From assembly GCA_023459795.1 (NCBI GenBank), contig JAEWSP010000018.1, positions 30,946 through 94,945 on the forward strand: a DNA stretch of 64,000 bases. Direction: 5' to 3'. This document shows positions 1 to 9,059 of the stretch, one piece after another. The first letter of the stretch is position 1. Each line of letters opens with the position of its first letter. Source of the DNA: Bacillota bacterium (GTDB taxonomy: Bacteria > Bacillota_I > Bacilli_A > RFN20 > CAG-288). The position numbers and the translations under genes are program-made. The notes beneath the pieces are model-generated. The model searched no databases. It was not told where the DNA came from and worked only from the letters and a program-made list of their open reading frames with translations.

Positions 1-244
1 TATTTTTTCAAACAGTTAAAAGCCAAAACTATTTTTAATATTTATTTCTATATATATATACTTTGAAAACTAAATACGTCAATGGCTAAATTAAAATTAT
101 ACAGTATTTAAAAAAGCTACTCTGACATGCCTTTTTCTCTTCCCCTTTTTGCCACTTGTTTTCTTCCTATATCCAAGCAGTGTATAAGAAAGCAACACGT
201 TAGCCGTTCTTTGACGTTTTCTAACTAAAATGGCGGTTATTTTC

Positions 245-272
245 TTGATTCTTTTCCCCTTTGTTGTAGAAT
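245..272 (+). promoter_or_regulatory. Putative sigma70-type promoter (-35 TTGATT at 245-250, 16 nt spacer, -10 TAGAAT at 267-272) for the lipoprotein gene
   Basis: Hexamers read directly in the sequence. RBS AAAGGAGGAA at 316-325 precedes the ATG at 335. Confidence 0.35.
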
Positions 273-334
273 AACCACAATGAGAGAAACTTTTCGTTCT
301 CCTCATCAATTCCAAAAGGAGGAATTCGATTTCT

Positions 335-850
335 ATGAAAAAGTCTATCAAGATTGTATCTTTATTTGCAGCTTCTACTCTTCTTCTTGCAGGATGCAAG
401 AAGGCTATGACCCCGGAGCAGGCCAAAGACTATGCCAACAAGAACTACAGCCAGGACACCGTTGATGAGAAGTACAGCGGCTGCTCCTTCACCATGACCA
501 CCAAGGTCAACAAGGCTACCGGTCTATTCGAAGGTCTTGTAAAGGATGACACGGGTTCTGCTCAGACTGGAAACCTTCTTGTCTTAAGTGCCTCTATCAT
601 CACCGACTATACCGATGAAACCGGCATCCAGTTTGCTATCAAGGGAAGCAACATGCTCGTCGATTATACCTACACTGCTACCCTTGGTTCCGCTACTGTC
701 AACTACACCATGGAAGTCACCTACAGCAAGGAAGGTCTTCTTTCCAAGACCGTTTCCAACGGCAAGGCCGAAATCAAGGACAACAAGGTCCTGAAGGATG
801 GAGTCCTCGACATCACCTATACGACCGATTACACCTACACCACCAAGTAG
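335..850 (+). CDS. Hypothetical lipoprotein (171 aa)
   Basis: N-terminus MKKSIKIVSLFAASTLLLAGC has n-region, h-region and lipobox LAGC. Strong SD. T/Y-rich mature part. Confidence 0.7.
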   Translation: MKKSIKIVSLFAASTLLLAGCKKAMTPEQAKDYANKNYSQDTVDEKYSGCSFTMTTKVNKATGLFEGLVKDDTGSAQTGNLLVLSASIITDYTDETGIQFAIKGSNMLVDYTYTATLGSATVNYTMEVTYSKEGLLSKTVSNGKAEIKDNKVLKDGVLDITYTTDYTYTTK

Positions 851-868
851 CTGTTTCTTAGAACACTG

Positions 869-895
869 GCCGCTGAGAAATCAGCGGCTTTTTTG
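869..895 (+). terminator. Rho-independent terminator
   Basis: Hairpin GCCGCTGA-gaaa-TCAGCGGC followed by TTTTTTG. Confidence 0.6.
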
Positions 896-952
896 TTTCG
901 GAGATAGGTTTTCGGTTAGAATAAAGAGAACGAGAAAAGGAGAAGACGGAAA

Positions 953-2593
953 ATGGAAACAGATATTCTTAGAAGCCATGCTGTCTATCAGATCTACCCG
1001 ATTTCCTTCTGCGATTCGAACAAAGACGGAAAAGGAGACTTGAAAGGCATCATCAGCAAGCTGGACTATCTTCAGAAGATAGGCATCCATCTTCTGTGGC
1101 TTTCTCCTATCTACGAATCCCCGATGGCCGATATGGGATACGACATCAGCGACTACAGGAAGATCAACCCGATGTTCGGAACCATGGAGGATTTCGATAC
1201 CCTTCTAGCCGAAGCAAAGAAGCGAGATATCCGGATCATCATGGATCTGGTCGTAAACCATACCTCGAACCAGCACCGCTGGTTCAAGGAGGCTTTAGCA
1301 GATCCGAATTCCAAATACCGGGATTACTACTATTTCCGGAAAGGCAAGGAAGGAAAGCTTCCGAACAACTGGATGTCGACCTTCCAAGGCCCGGCATGGG
1401 AAAAGGTCAACGGAGAAGACGACACCTACTATCTCCATATCTTCACGAAGGAACAGCCGGATCTGAACTGGCATAGCGAAGACCTCATCAAGGATGTGGA
1501 GAGCATCCTCTCCTTCTGGCTGGACAAAGGCGTATTCGGTTTCCGCTGCGATGTCATCTCCGGAATCTACAAGGAGAGCCTGGAAGACGGAAAGAAGACC
1601 AAGCACGGACAGAACCAGGGAAGCGAACACTATATCGCCACCCCGGGATGCCATAAGATCCTGCAGAGGCTGAGAAAGGAAGTCATCGATCCCCATCACG
1701 GAATCCTCATCGGAGAATGCATGGGAGCGACCTTGGAGAACATCCCTCCGTTTATCGCTACCCAGGAACTGGATACCTTCTTCTCCTTCGACCATGTTAA
1801 TCTAGGCTCCTCCTCTCTCAAGGAGCTATGCGACGTCAAGAAGTTCAAGAAGATCGTAATGGATTGGCAGACGAAGGTCGAGAACAACGGCGTCTACCTG
1901 GAGAACCATGACCAGCACCGTTCCGTCAACAAGCTTATAGAACCCGGATACGAGAAGGCCGGAAGCAAGATGCTTCTGACGATGATCTATACCCTGAAAG
2001 GCATGCCTTTCATCTACCAGGGGCAGGAACTCGGGGCGATGAACTACCCTGCCGGCTACTTTACGATGGAGGAAACAAACGACGTCGTCGTCCGCAACGT
2101 CTACAAGATGATGATGGGGCTTCACGTTCCGGAAGGATATGCGAAGAAATTCGCCCTCAAGTGCGGAAGAGACGATGCCCGTGCTCCGATGGCCTTCAAC
2201 GGAAGCAAGGGATACGGATTCTCGGATCCCTCTGTCACCCCGTGGCAGAAGTACAACCCGCTTTGCTCCTCCCTCAATGTCGAGGACGAGGAAAAGGATC
2301 CGGATTCCACCCTCTCCTACTTCGAGAAGATCAATCCTCTGAGAGAGAACAATCCGGTCCTCTGCTTCGGGGATATCCAGTTCCTGAAGACCAAGGGAAA
2401 GCTGATGGCTTATACCAGGACCTACAACGGGAAATCCATCCTCGTTCTTCTGAACCTTTCCAAGAAGCAGATGAAGCTGAAGAGAAGCATCAAGGAGTAC
2501 GGACGCCTTACTCCTCTTATCGACAACTACTCCAGTCTTCCTACCGCTGATATCCTTCGTCCGTATGAAGCCAGAGTCCTGGAAATCAATTAG
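953..2593 (+). CDS. GH13 alpha-glucosidase / oligo-1,6-glucosidase family (546 aa)
   Basis: GH13 conserved regions are present: DLVVNHTS, GFRCDV, GECM and YLENHDQ. The N-terminus IYPISFCDSNKDGKGDLKGI is typical of oligo-1,6-glucosidase/trehalose-6-P hydrolase. Confidence 0.85.
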   Translation: METDILRSHAVYQIYPISFCDSNKDGKGDLKGIISKLDYLQKIGIHLLWLSPIYESPMADMGYDISDYRKINPMFGTMEDFDTLLAEAKKRDIRIIMDLVVNHTSNQHRWFKEALADPNSKYRDYYYFRKGKEGKLPNNWMSTFQGPAWEKVNGEDDTYYLHIFTKEQPDLNWHSEDLIKDVESILSFWLDKGVFGFRCDVISGIYKESLEDGKKTKHGQNQGSEHYIATPGCHKILQRLRKEVIDPHHGILIGECMGATLENIPPFIATQELDTFFSFDHVNLGSSSLKELCDVKKFKKIVMDWQTKVENNGVYLENHDQHRSVNKLIEPGYEKAGSKMLLTMIYTLKGMPFIYQGQELGAMNYPAGYFTMEETNDVVVRNVYKMMMGLHVPEGYAKKFALKCGRDDARAPMAFNGSKGYGFSDPSVTPWQKYNPLCSSLNVEDEEKDPDSTLSYFEKINPLRENNPVLCFGDIQFLKTKGKLMAYTRTYNGKSILVLLNLSKKQMKLKRSIKEYGRLTPLIDNYSSLPTADILRPYEARVLEIN

Positions 2594-2626
2594 CCAACCC
2601 GTTGCATAAATAAGAAATTGTTATTG

Positions 2627-2662
2627 AAAAAGAACCAAAGCATAAGGCTTTGGTTCTTTTAT
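2627..2662. terminator. Bidirectional rho-independent terminator between convergent genes
   Basis: Hairpin AGAACCAAAGC-ataag-GCTTTGGTTCT with an A-run on the left and a T-run on the right. Confidence 0.55.
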
Positions 2663-2663
2663 T

Positions 2664-4568
2664 CTACTTCTTGTTTTTATTCAGCTTTCCAAGCATGAAC
2701 AGGGCCATGGAACGGAGGACGAGAAGGAAGGTAAGGCCGGTGTCTCCAAGGACCGAGATCCAGAGAGGAAGAGACGGGATGACCAGGTTCAGGATCATGA
2801 TCGTCACCTTCACTAGGATTGCAACAACGACGTTGGAGATTGCCATATTCTTCGTCTTCCCGGAAATCCGGATAAGCTTCTCCAGCTTGCCGGGGTTGTC
2901 ATCCAGGATGACAACATCGGCATTCTCGACAGCCAGGTCGCTTCCAAGCCCTCCCATAGCAATGCCGACATCGGCAAGGGACAAAGAGGCTGCATCGTTT
3001 ACCCCGTCTCCGAGATATGCCATCGTTCCTCCCTTCTTCTCCTTCTCGATCACGTCCGTCTTCTCCTTCGGGAGAAGACCGGAGTAGACAGCATCAATAG
3101 ACAGAGCAGAAGCCAAGGCCTCGGCATTCTGTTTCCTGTCTCCGGAGATAAGGACAGTCCGGATACCTTCCTTCCGTAAAGAAGAGATCAAAGCAGGGAC
3201 TTCTTCCCGCATCGTATCCGAAAGGAGCGCATATCCGGAGTACTCCCCGTCTACGGAAAGATAGAGAGCCGTCCCCTCTCCTTCGCTTTCTTCGATGCTC
3301 TCATCCTCGAGGAAGGATTTCTTTCCTACCTTGAGCTTGTGTCCTTTGTAGGTGCACTTGACTCCCTTCCCTTCGACTTCTTCGTAGTCCGATACAAGGG
3401 AAGGGTTCCCTTGCCTTGCCTTTTCTACCGCAATAGCAATCGGATGGCTGCTTTCCGACTCGGCAGCGGAGAGGTAATCCATAAACGTATCTTCATCAAT
3501 ACCGCGCGGCTTGACCAGGGCTAAAGACATCTTCCCTGTCGTCAAAGTACCGGTCTTGTCGAATCCGACTGTCTTAAGGGAGGCAAGCCTATCGAAGTAG
3601 GTGGCACCCTTAACCAGGATTCCGTACTTCGAAGCCAGGCCTATCCCGGATACATAGCTTAAAGGCACAGAGATAACAACGGCGCAGGGGCAGGAGACGA
3701 CTAGGAAGGATAGGGAGGTATAGATCCATCTCGACCAGATATCCTTGTTTCCGGCACCCTGGATAAGAGGAGGAAGAACCATGACAACGAGGGCAAGAAG
3801 CATAACGATAGGGGTATAGATCTTCGAGAACCTGGTGATGAACCTGTCCGCCTTGGACTTCTTCCCCTTGGCTTCTTCGACTAGCCGGCTCATCTTAAAG
3901 ACGGCAGAATCGGCATATGCTTTTTCTACCCTTGCCTTTGCCTCTCCGTGGGTAAGGATGGTTCCGGATACGATCGGATCCCCTTCCTTCTTTTCCACCG
4001 GGATCGGTTCGCCGGTAAGGGAGCTTTCATCGAACAGACCGTTTCCGGATAGTATCGTAGAATCGCAGAGAACCTTGTTTCCGGCACAGAGAGCAAACAC
4101 ATCTCCGACCTTCATCTCTTCCGGACCGACTTCTGTATAGGTTCCGTCCTTGCCAAGGACCTTTGCCTTCTCCTTCTTTAGATCAAGGGCAGAGGTTACG
4201 GCGTTCCTGGATTTCTCTTCCGCCATCTCGCTGAAGAACTCTCCGACCTGGTAAAGGATCATGACGAGTACCGCTTCGAGGTACTCGTTATGATCCTTTC
4301 CGAAAGCACGAAGAAGGAATGCACCAATGGAGGCAATAGTCATCAAGGAATACTCGTTGAAAGGCTTTCTTTCGGCAAAGGTTTCTTTTAAGGCATTCCA
4401 TACTACATCGTAGGAGATGATAACCCAGGAGGAGAGCATTACAATCAGGTTCACATAGAACGGGAAGTTCTCTTCGTTAAGAAGAAGACTCCCCAAAAGA
4501 GCAAGAGCTAAGGAAGCTGCAATCCTAAGGCAGAGAAGGAAGAGTTCCCTCTTGGTTTCCCCGGCCAT
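2664..4568 (-). CDS. cadA: P1B-type heavy-metal (Cd/Zn/Pb-type) translocating ATPase, CadA/ZntA-like (634 aa, no N-terminal HMA domain)
   Basis: CPC metal-binding motif in TM6 (SCPCAVVISVP). DKTGTLT phosphorylation site. HP motif (SESSHPIAIA). GDGVNDA hinge. Downstream of an ArsR-family regulator. Confidence 0.75.
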   Translation of the reverse strand: MAGETKRELFLLCLRIAASLALALLGSLLLNEENFPFYVNLIVMLSSWVIISYDVVWNALKETFAERKPFNEYSLMTIASIGAFLLRAFGKDHNEYLEAVLVMILYQVGEFFSEMAEEKSRNAVTSALDLKKEKAKVLGKDGTYTEVGPEEMKVGDVFALCAGNKVLCDSTILSGNGLFDESSLTGEPIPVEKKEGDPIVSGTILTHGEAKARVEKAYADSAVFKMSRLVEEAKGKKSKADRFITRFSKIYTPIVMLLALVVMVLPPLIQGAGNKDIWSRWIYTSLSFLVVSCPCAVVISVPLSYVSGIGLASKYGILVKGATYFDRLASLKTVGFDKTGTLTTGKMSLALVKPRGIDEDTFMDYLSAAESESSHPIAIAVEKARQGNPSLVSDYEEVEGKGVKCTYKGHKLKVGKKSFLEDESIEESEGEGTALYLSVDGEYSGYALLSDTMREEVPALISSLRKEGIRTVLISGDRKQNAEALASALSIDAVYSGLLPKEKTDVIEKEKKGGTMAYLGDGVNDAASLSLADVGIAMGGLGSDLAVENADVVILDDNPGKLEKLIRISGKTKNMAISNVVVAILVKVTIMILNLVIPSLPLWISVLGDTGLTFLLVLRSMALFMLGKLNKNKK

Positions 4569-4571
4569 AAC

Positions 4572-4868
4572 CTACTTCGCCTCCGTGGCGTGGGCATAGA
4601 CGACAGAGAGCAGGGAGCTGACATGGTCATCGGCAAGAAGGTAGAACACCTTTGTTCCGTCCTTCCTGGTAGAGACAAGGTGTGCTTTCCTAAGCACCTG
4701 GAGCTGATGGGAGATCAGGGACTGGCTGGCTCCTACTTCTTCTACCAGCTGGGAGACGTTCTTCTCCTGGCCGATCAGGCAATAAAGGATCTTGAATCTT
4801 GTGGAATCGCTGGCGACGCTTAGAAGCGTCTCCATCCGATCCAATGTTTCTTCATCCGGTAGATTCAT
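4572..4868 (-). CDS. cadC: ArsR/SmtB-family metalloregulatory repressor, CadC-like (98 aa)
   Basis: Winged-helix ArsR signature (HQLQVLRKAHLVSTRKDGTKVFY). A 3-nt gap separates it from the P1B ATPase. RBS GGAGG at 4875-4880. Confidence 0.65.
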   Translation of the reverse strand: MNLPDEETLDRMETLLSVASDSTRFKILYCLIGQEKNVSQLVEEVGASQSLISHQLQVLRKAHLVSTRKDGTKVFYLLADDHVSSLLSVVYAHATEAK

Positions 4869-4882
4869 ATATCTGCCTCCTT

Positions 4883-4936
4883 TATGAATGGTGATTCATA
4901 TTTACGCTATTAGTATATATGAATCGTCTTTCATAT
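4883..4936. promoter_or_regulatory. Two palindromic operator-like sites (TATGAAT-N4-ATTCATA at 4883-4900; ATATGAA-N7-TTCATAT at 4917-4936) upstream of cadC
   Basis: Inverted repeats read directly. Half-site ATGAA(T/C) resembles known ArsR/SmtB (CadC/CzrA) 12-2-12 operators. Confidence 0.45.
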
Positions 4937-4950
4937 TTCAAGATATTTCT

Positions 4951-4986
4951 TTCTTTTTTTGAAAAACCCGAGGTATTGCCCTCGGG
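4951..4986 (-). terminator. Rho-independent terminator for the 5013-5510 gene
   Basis: Hairpin CCCGAGG-tattg-CCCTCGGG. On the minus strand it is followed by TTTTTCAAAAAAA. Confidence 0.5.
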
Positions 4987-5012
4987 CCTTTTCTCCTATG
5001 TCTTTTCTGCTT

Positions 5013-5510
5013 CTACTTTCTAAACAATGTCTTCTCGGTGTCCCCGTCCGTCTTGATCCTAGCAAAAGCGAATAGAACCAGGAAGAGAAGAGACAGACCG
5101 ATATAGACATAGCTTCCCCAGGAAGCTTCGATGTTCGTATTGGCCTGGCTTAGGAAGATCGGGAAGGCGACAAGGCATCCTAGATGGGCCACGTAGAAGA
5201 TATAGAGAATGACAGCCATCCTCTTTTCATACTTCAGCTCCCTCTGGAAAAGGAAGGAGAGCGGGAACAGAAGGAGAAGAAGGGCAAGACCGAAGGCAGT
5301 ATAAAGAAGATTCGTGGCAATCGTCAGATTGCCTCCCGCTTCCGAAAAGCGGTAGACAGTAAATCCGGCAAGGAAAGTCTTGCCTTCTTTCGTGAAGGTA
5401 TCCATAAGGGGAGCAAACATCCAAAGCATCAGAAGAACAGAGAACAGAAGGGAGAGGTAAAAAGGCAGTCTTCTTCTTTCCCTGAGATAGCTGAAATCTT
5501 TCTTTTCCAT
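5013..5510 (-). CDS. Hypothetical polytopic membrane protein (165 aa)
   Basis: Four predicted hydrophobic helices and no recognisable domain. Codon usage is consistent with its neighbours. Confidence 0.5.
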   Translation of the reverse strand: MEKKDFSYLRERRRLPFYLSLLFSVLLMLWMFAPLMDTFTKEGKTFLAGFTVYRFSEAGGNLTIATNLLYTAFGLALLLLLFPLSFLFQRELKYEKRMAVILYIFYVAHLGCLVAFPIFLSQANTNIEASWGSYVYIGLSLLFLVLFAFARIKTDGDTEKTLFRK

Positions 5511-5574
5511 ACGGTCTCCTCCTTAGGGTGGTATCTACGATATAATAGTATATCGTAAGAAAGGCCACTATCTT

Positions 5575-6591
5575 ATGGAAGAAAAGCAGAAGAATGACTC
5601 GGTGTTCATTAACCTTTTCAAGGGAGCTCTCTCCGGGCTTCTTTCGATGGTTCCCTTCCTGGACAGCAAAAGAGCAAGAGAAGACGTCTTAGTCACCTAC
5701 AGTTCCCGTACCTGGTCCTATATCCTCGGGTTTGCCATTGCTTTCTTTGTCTTCTCCCTCCTTCCCATCTCCGTCATGGAGAAGAACTTCTCCTATACGG
5801 TAAGGCTATTGGAAGCCGGATTCCTGTTTGGATCTCTGGTCGTGCTTCTTCTTCTGGTCTTTTTGGACAAGAAGGAGAAGATCGATCTTCTCCCATTTCT
5901 TCTCTCCCTCATAGGCGGAATAGGGATTGCTCTTATTTTCTATTTTGCCTTTACTCCGGCAAAGCTCTTAAGAGATGAAGAGCCGATTGCAGGAGCAGGA
6001 TTCTACAGCGTAATTATTGCCGTTGGTGGATTTTTATGCGGATACGCCGGGATCTCCATCGGATCCCTTCTAGCCGTCTCCGGTTCCTATGTAGGGCTTA
6101 TCGGAGTGATGTATCCGGCCGTCAGCTTTACGAACACGGATAAGAAGTCCGGAATCCTGATTATGGGAATCCTGTTCCTGGCTCTGTTCTCGGGACTGTT
6201 CCTCGGCCTTTATGCCGAAGGCAAAGACAGCAGAAAGAAGAACAAGGAAGCGATGCAGATCGGTTTCCTTCTTCCGATGCTTGTTATCCTGATAGTCTAC
6301 TTCGCCAAGAACAAGCCCCAAGCTATGGCTGACTCCGTCATGGTCCGGAAGCTGGTGAATTCCTGCTCCCTTATCTTCTTCTTCCTGATTGCCTTGATCC
6401 TTGGCTTATCTTCCCTTCTTCCATTATGGAAGGAACATCCTGCCTTCAAGATTTGGAAAAGGAAGAAGGATCTGGTAGACGGGCTTCTTGTGAAGAATGT
6501 AAAAGAAGAGAAGAAAGAAGATGAAAAAGAAAATGCCAAGGCCTTGGATGTCGATAAGCTGAAGAAGGCTTTGGAAGAAGAGGATAAATAG
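5575..6591 (+). CDS. Hypothetical membrane protein with Lys/Glu-rich C-terminal tail (338 aa)
   Basis: Multiple TM helices. The C-terminus KNVKEEKKEDEKENAKALDVDKLKKALEEEDK is highly charged. Confidence 0.5.
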   Translation: MEEKQKNDSVFINLFKGALSGLLSMVPFLDSKRAREDVLVTYSSRTWSYILGFAIAFFVFSLLPISVMEKNFSYTVRLLEAGFLFGSLVVLLLLVFLDKKEKIDLLPFLLSLIGGIGIALIFYFAFTPAKLLRDEEPIAGAGFYSVIIAVGGFLCGYAGISIGSLLAVSGSYVGLIGVMYPAVSFTNTDKKSGILIMGILFLALFSGLFLGLYAEGKDSRKKNKEAMQIGFLLPMLVILIVYFAKNKPQAMADSVMVRKLVNSCSLIFFFLIALILGLSSLLPLWKEHPAFKIWKRKKDLVDGLLVKNVKEEKKEDEKENAKALDVDKLKKALEEEDK

Positions 6592-7314
6592 ATGAGGTTA
6601 GATCGGTTTCTGGCAATCCACGGCTTCGGTTCCAGGAAGTCGGCAAAGAAGATGGTCCATAACGGGCATGTCATGGTAAACGGAGAGAAGACGCTCCTTA
6701 ACGACATGCAGATTTCCGGTACCGATAAGATCACGGTCGACGGAAAGGACGTCGAGAACGTTCCTTTCGTCTGCCTGGTCCTGAACAAGCCCCAGAACTA
6801 TGTCTGTTCCATGCTGGACGACCACTACCCGTCCTGCATGAAGCTGATTCCGGACGAATACCAGAAAAGGGTCCGGATGGTGGGAAGGCTTGATGCCGAC
6901 ACGACAGGACTCTTGATCTTCACGGACAACGGAGTCCTCAACTCCCGGCTTGCCAACCCGAAGTTCAAGGTCACCAAGACGTATGCCGTCGAAGTGAACC
7001 ATATCCTGAAGCCGGAGATGGTGGAAGAATTCCAGAAAGGAAATCTCGATATCGGCCAGGGAGACATCGCCGATTCTGCCGTTCTTGTGATCCAGGACGA
7101 ATACCATGCCGAAGTAACCGTCCACGAAGGCAAGTACCACGAGATAAAAAGACTGTTCGGCAAGTTCGGATACGATGTCATCAAACTGAAACGTCTCTCT
7201 CTAGGGCCGGTGAAGCTCGGGGATGTCGAAGAAGGGAAGTTTAGAAAGGTGAGCGAAGAGGAATACGAATCCCTGTTAGAAGCTACCCACCTTATCAAGG
7301 AGGATCAATTATGA
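6592..7314 (+). CDS. rsuA: 16S rRNA pseudouridine synthase, RsuA family (S4 domain + catalytic Asp)
   Basis: N-terminal S4 RNA-binding motif (RLDRFLA...GSRK) and catalytic GRLDADTTGLLIFTDNG motif. Confidence 0.8.
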   Translation: MRLDRFLAIHGFGSRKSAKKMVHNGHVMVNGEKTLLNDMQISGTDKITVDGKDVENVPFVCLVLNKPQNYVCSMLDDHYPSCMKLIPDEYQKRVRMVGRLDADTTGLLIFTDNGVLNSRLANPKFKVTKTYAVEVNHILKPEMVEEFQKGNLDIGQGDIADSAVLVIQDEYHAEVTVHEGKYHEIKRLFGKFGYDVIKLKRLSLGPVKLGDVEEGKFRKVSEEEYESLLEATHLIKEDQL

Positions 7315-7829
7315 ATACTCTCTGCCCGAAATGCGGAAAGGACAATACTTCCACCTTTGTGGATACGAAGCTGAAGACACATGGTTTCTTCTGCGAAGAC
7401 TGCAAGAAGGATTTCGGTGTCGATGACGGCACTGCTTTGAAGAAGAAGGAAGAAGACCTTCTTTCTTTCACATATGACCGGTCCCATGACGGAGAGAAGA
7501 AGACTTTCCGCCTAGTAAGGGATGCAGGCAAGGCAACCCTAACTATCGAAACGGAGAAGGACAAGAAGCGGGACGTATATGAACCTATCGACTTCACTCC
7601 TTATGTCGATTCCTTCCTCTCCCTGCTCTTCGAGAAGCTCTTTGTTTTGGACTGGCCTGAGACAACCAACGGTTTCCTTGTCGGGAAGGATCCCGATACC
7701 TGCACTCTTACCCTCCTATTCAAGGATAAAAGCAGCGTCAGGAAGTCCGGTTTCGTCCGCCTTCCTGTCTACAGCAAGGCACTGGACGAGATCCTCGATT
7801 CCCTTCTCTCCAGCACGAAGGAGGAGTAG
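7311..7829 (+). CDS. Hypothetical protein with N-terminal C4 zinc ribbon (172 aa)
   Basis: CPKCG...CEDCKK motif. Its start overlaps the rsuA stop (ATGA), which suggests translational coupling. Confidence 0.5.
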   Translation: MNTLCPKCGKDNTSTFVDTKLKTHGFFCEDCKKDFGVDDGTALKKKEEDLLSFTYDRSHDGEKKTFRLVRDAGKATLTIETEKDKKRDVYEPIDFTPYVDSFLSLLFEKLFVLDWPETTNGFLVGKDPDTCTLTLLFKDKSSVRKSGFVRLPVYSKALDEILDSLLSSTKEE

Positions 7830-8207
7830 ATGAGAACCGACTTCACGAAGATCTCCTTCTGGAAAAGGAATCCGGACAATGTTGCGGATATCCTGAGGCT
7901 GGAGATCGAATGCCTCGTCGACAAGACTTACCTTCTGAACGTAAACGGAAAAGACCGTTCCCTTCCCAAAGAGGAAGGAGACAAGCTTATAGAAGGTCTT
8001 ATTGCTCTGAAGCTGGGCGAGACGAAGAAGGAAGAGAAAGCCTACCTATACGAAGACAGGCCTCAGGACTACCGGATCAAGTTCTTCCTGGTCTTCTCCT
8101 ATCCGGAAGCCACTTATCTAGCCGTAAAGGGAATCGATCCCTTCGGCCAGAAGAACTACAAGGAGATCCAGGCTCTCTTTGCTCCGCTGTTCAAGAAACA
8201 AGACTGA
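7830..8207 (+). CDS. Hypothetical protein (125 aa)
   Basis: Its ATG abuts the TAG of the previous gene. No recognisable domain. Confidence 0.45.
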   Translation: MRTDFTKISFWKRNPDNVADILRLEIECLVDKTYLLNVNGKDRSLPKEEGDKLIEGLIALKLGETKKEEKAYLYEDRPQDYRIKFFLVFSYPEATYLAVKGIDPFGQKNYKEIQALFAPLFKKQD

Positions 8208-8209
8208 AA

Positions 8210-8240
8210 GAGGAAGCCCCCAGAAGGCTTCCTCTTTTTC
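8210..8240 (+). terminator. Rho-independent terminator
   Basis: Hairpin GAGGAAGCC-cccaga-a-GGCTTCCTC followed by TTTTTC. A second hairpin CCCGG...CTTGATT-caac-AATCAAG...CCGGG lies at 8243-8285. Confidence 0.55.
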
Positions 8241-8344
8241 AAGGCATTAAAAAGAGCCCGGTTACTTGATTCAACAATCAAGGCCGGGCCCTAACGTATC
8301 TGACCCATGGGTTGTTCCATATCTTGCCGCCCCTTCACCGCGGT

Positions 8345-8565
8345 TTCCGAATCATCCCGGATCGTATCGCGGTCCCTTCTCGTATCGCCATATTTGCTCA
8401 TATCTCAGTCCCGAACCGTATCGCCGTATCTTAACGAATCGCCTTACCTGATCGTACCTCCGTATCGAATCATATCGCCGTACCTTATCGAATCGCCTCG
8501 TAGAATCTAACCGTATCGCCATCCCTTAACGTATCGCCGTATCGAATCGTACCTCCGTCTCTGCT
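8345..8565. repeat. Irregular array of short CG-containing motifs (CGTATCG(CC), CGAATCG(CC), CGTACCT; at least 14 copies) inside an 820-bp non-coding CpG-rich stretch
   Basis: Motifs were counted directly in the sequence. No long ORF with protein-like translation spans this region (track ORFs read SPYL-type repeats). Further partial repeats CTCGTCTTGCCTC (x2) and CTCGAAGCGAC (x2) occur at 8676-8950. Confidence 0.5.
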
Positions 8566-9059
8566 CATATCGTTGACTCGGCTAGTAACGGAACGTTGTC
8601 TCAAACCGTTTCGTACCGCCGTACCTTCTTGGCGAAACACCTTGCGTCCCGGACTTCGAGAAACTAAGACTCACTCATTGACTCGTCTTGCCTCGAAGCG
8701 ACGTAGCTCGTTCCGTCTTTCCGGTTCCACTCATCCGGAACCTTTCCGTATCTAAACAGTGCACTGGCTACTCGAAGACTGACCGGCTCGTCTTGCCTCC
8801 CGGATTTGTATCTCTGACCTTCTTCCCGTATTGCAGAGAAGACCTAAACCAGAGTGGGGATAACGCCTTTAGTCCCAGGAGAGCCGAAACAGCTAGCCTT
8901 CCCTTACCTGCTCGGATGGGTACCCGACGAAATAACATAGTCTCGAAGCGACTATATCATGGCCAATGATATACATATTGAGAGTATCCGACAAAAGGAG
9001 GAGATTATTGCATCCCTTCTAGAAATTTATAGATATTTGACTTCTAATAGGTTAACGAA

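Noticed and set aside
8345-8565. CRISPR array
   Set aside because: The repeat units are only 7-9 nt with irregular spacing and no spacer structure. No cas genes are present in the window.
8266-8969. Plus-strand ORFs 8266-8451, 8307-8510, 8573-8755 and 8688-8969 in the repeat region
   Set aside because: Their translations are repeat-driven (SPYL…) or compositionally non-protein-like. No SD or start context is present. I treat the region as non-coding.
8243-9059. Possibility that the long gap encodes RNase P RNA, tmRNA or SRP RNA
   Set aside because: I looked for GGAAAGTCC / GGACTTTCC (RNase P), a tRNA-like GGTTCGA(T/A)TCC end (tmRNA) and the SRP domain-IV GTCAGGTCCGGAAGGAAGCAG-like motif on both strands and found none. 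A covariance-model scan is still advisable.
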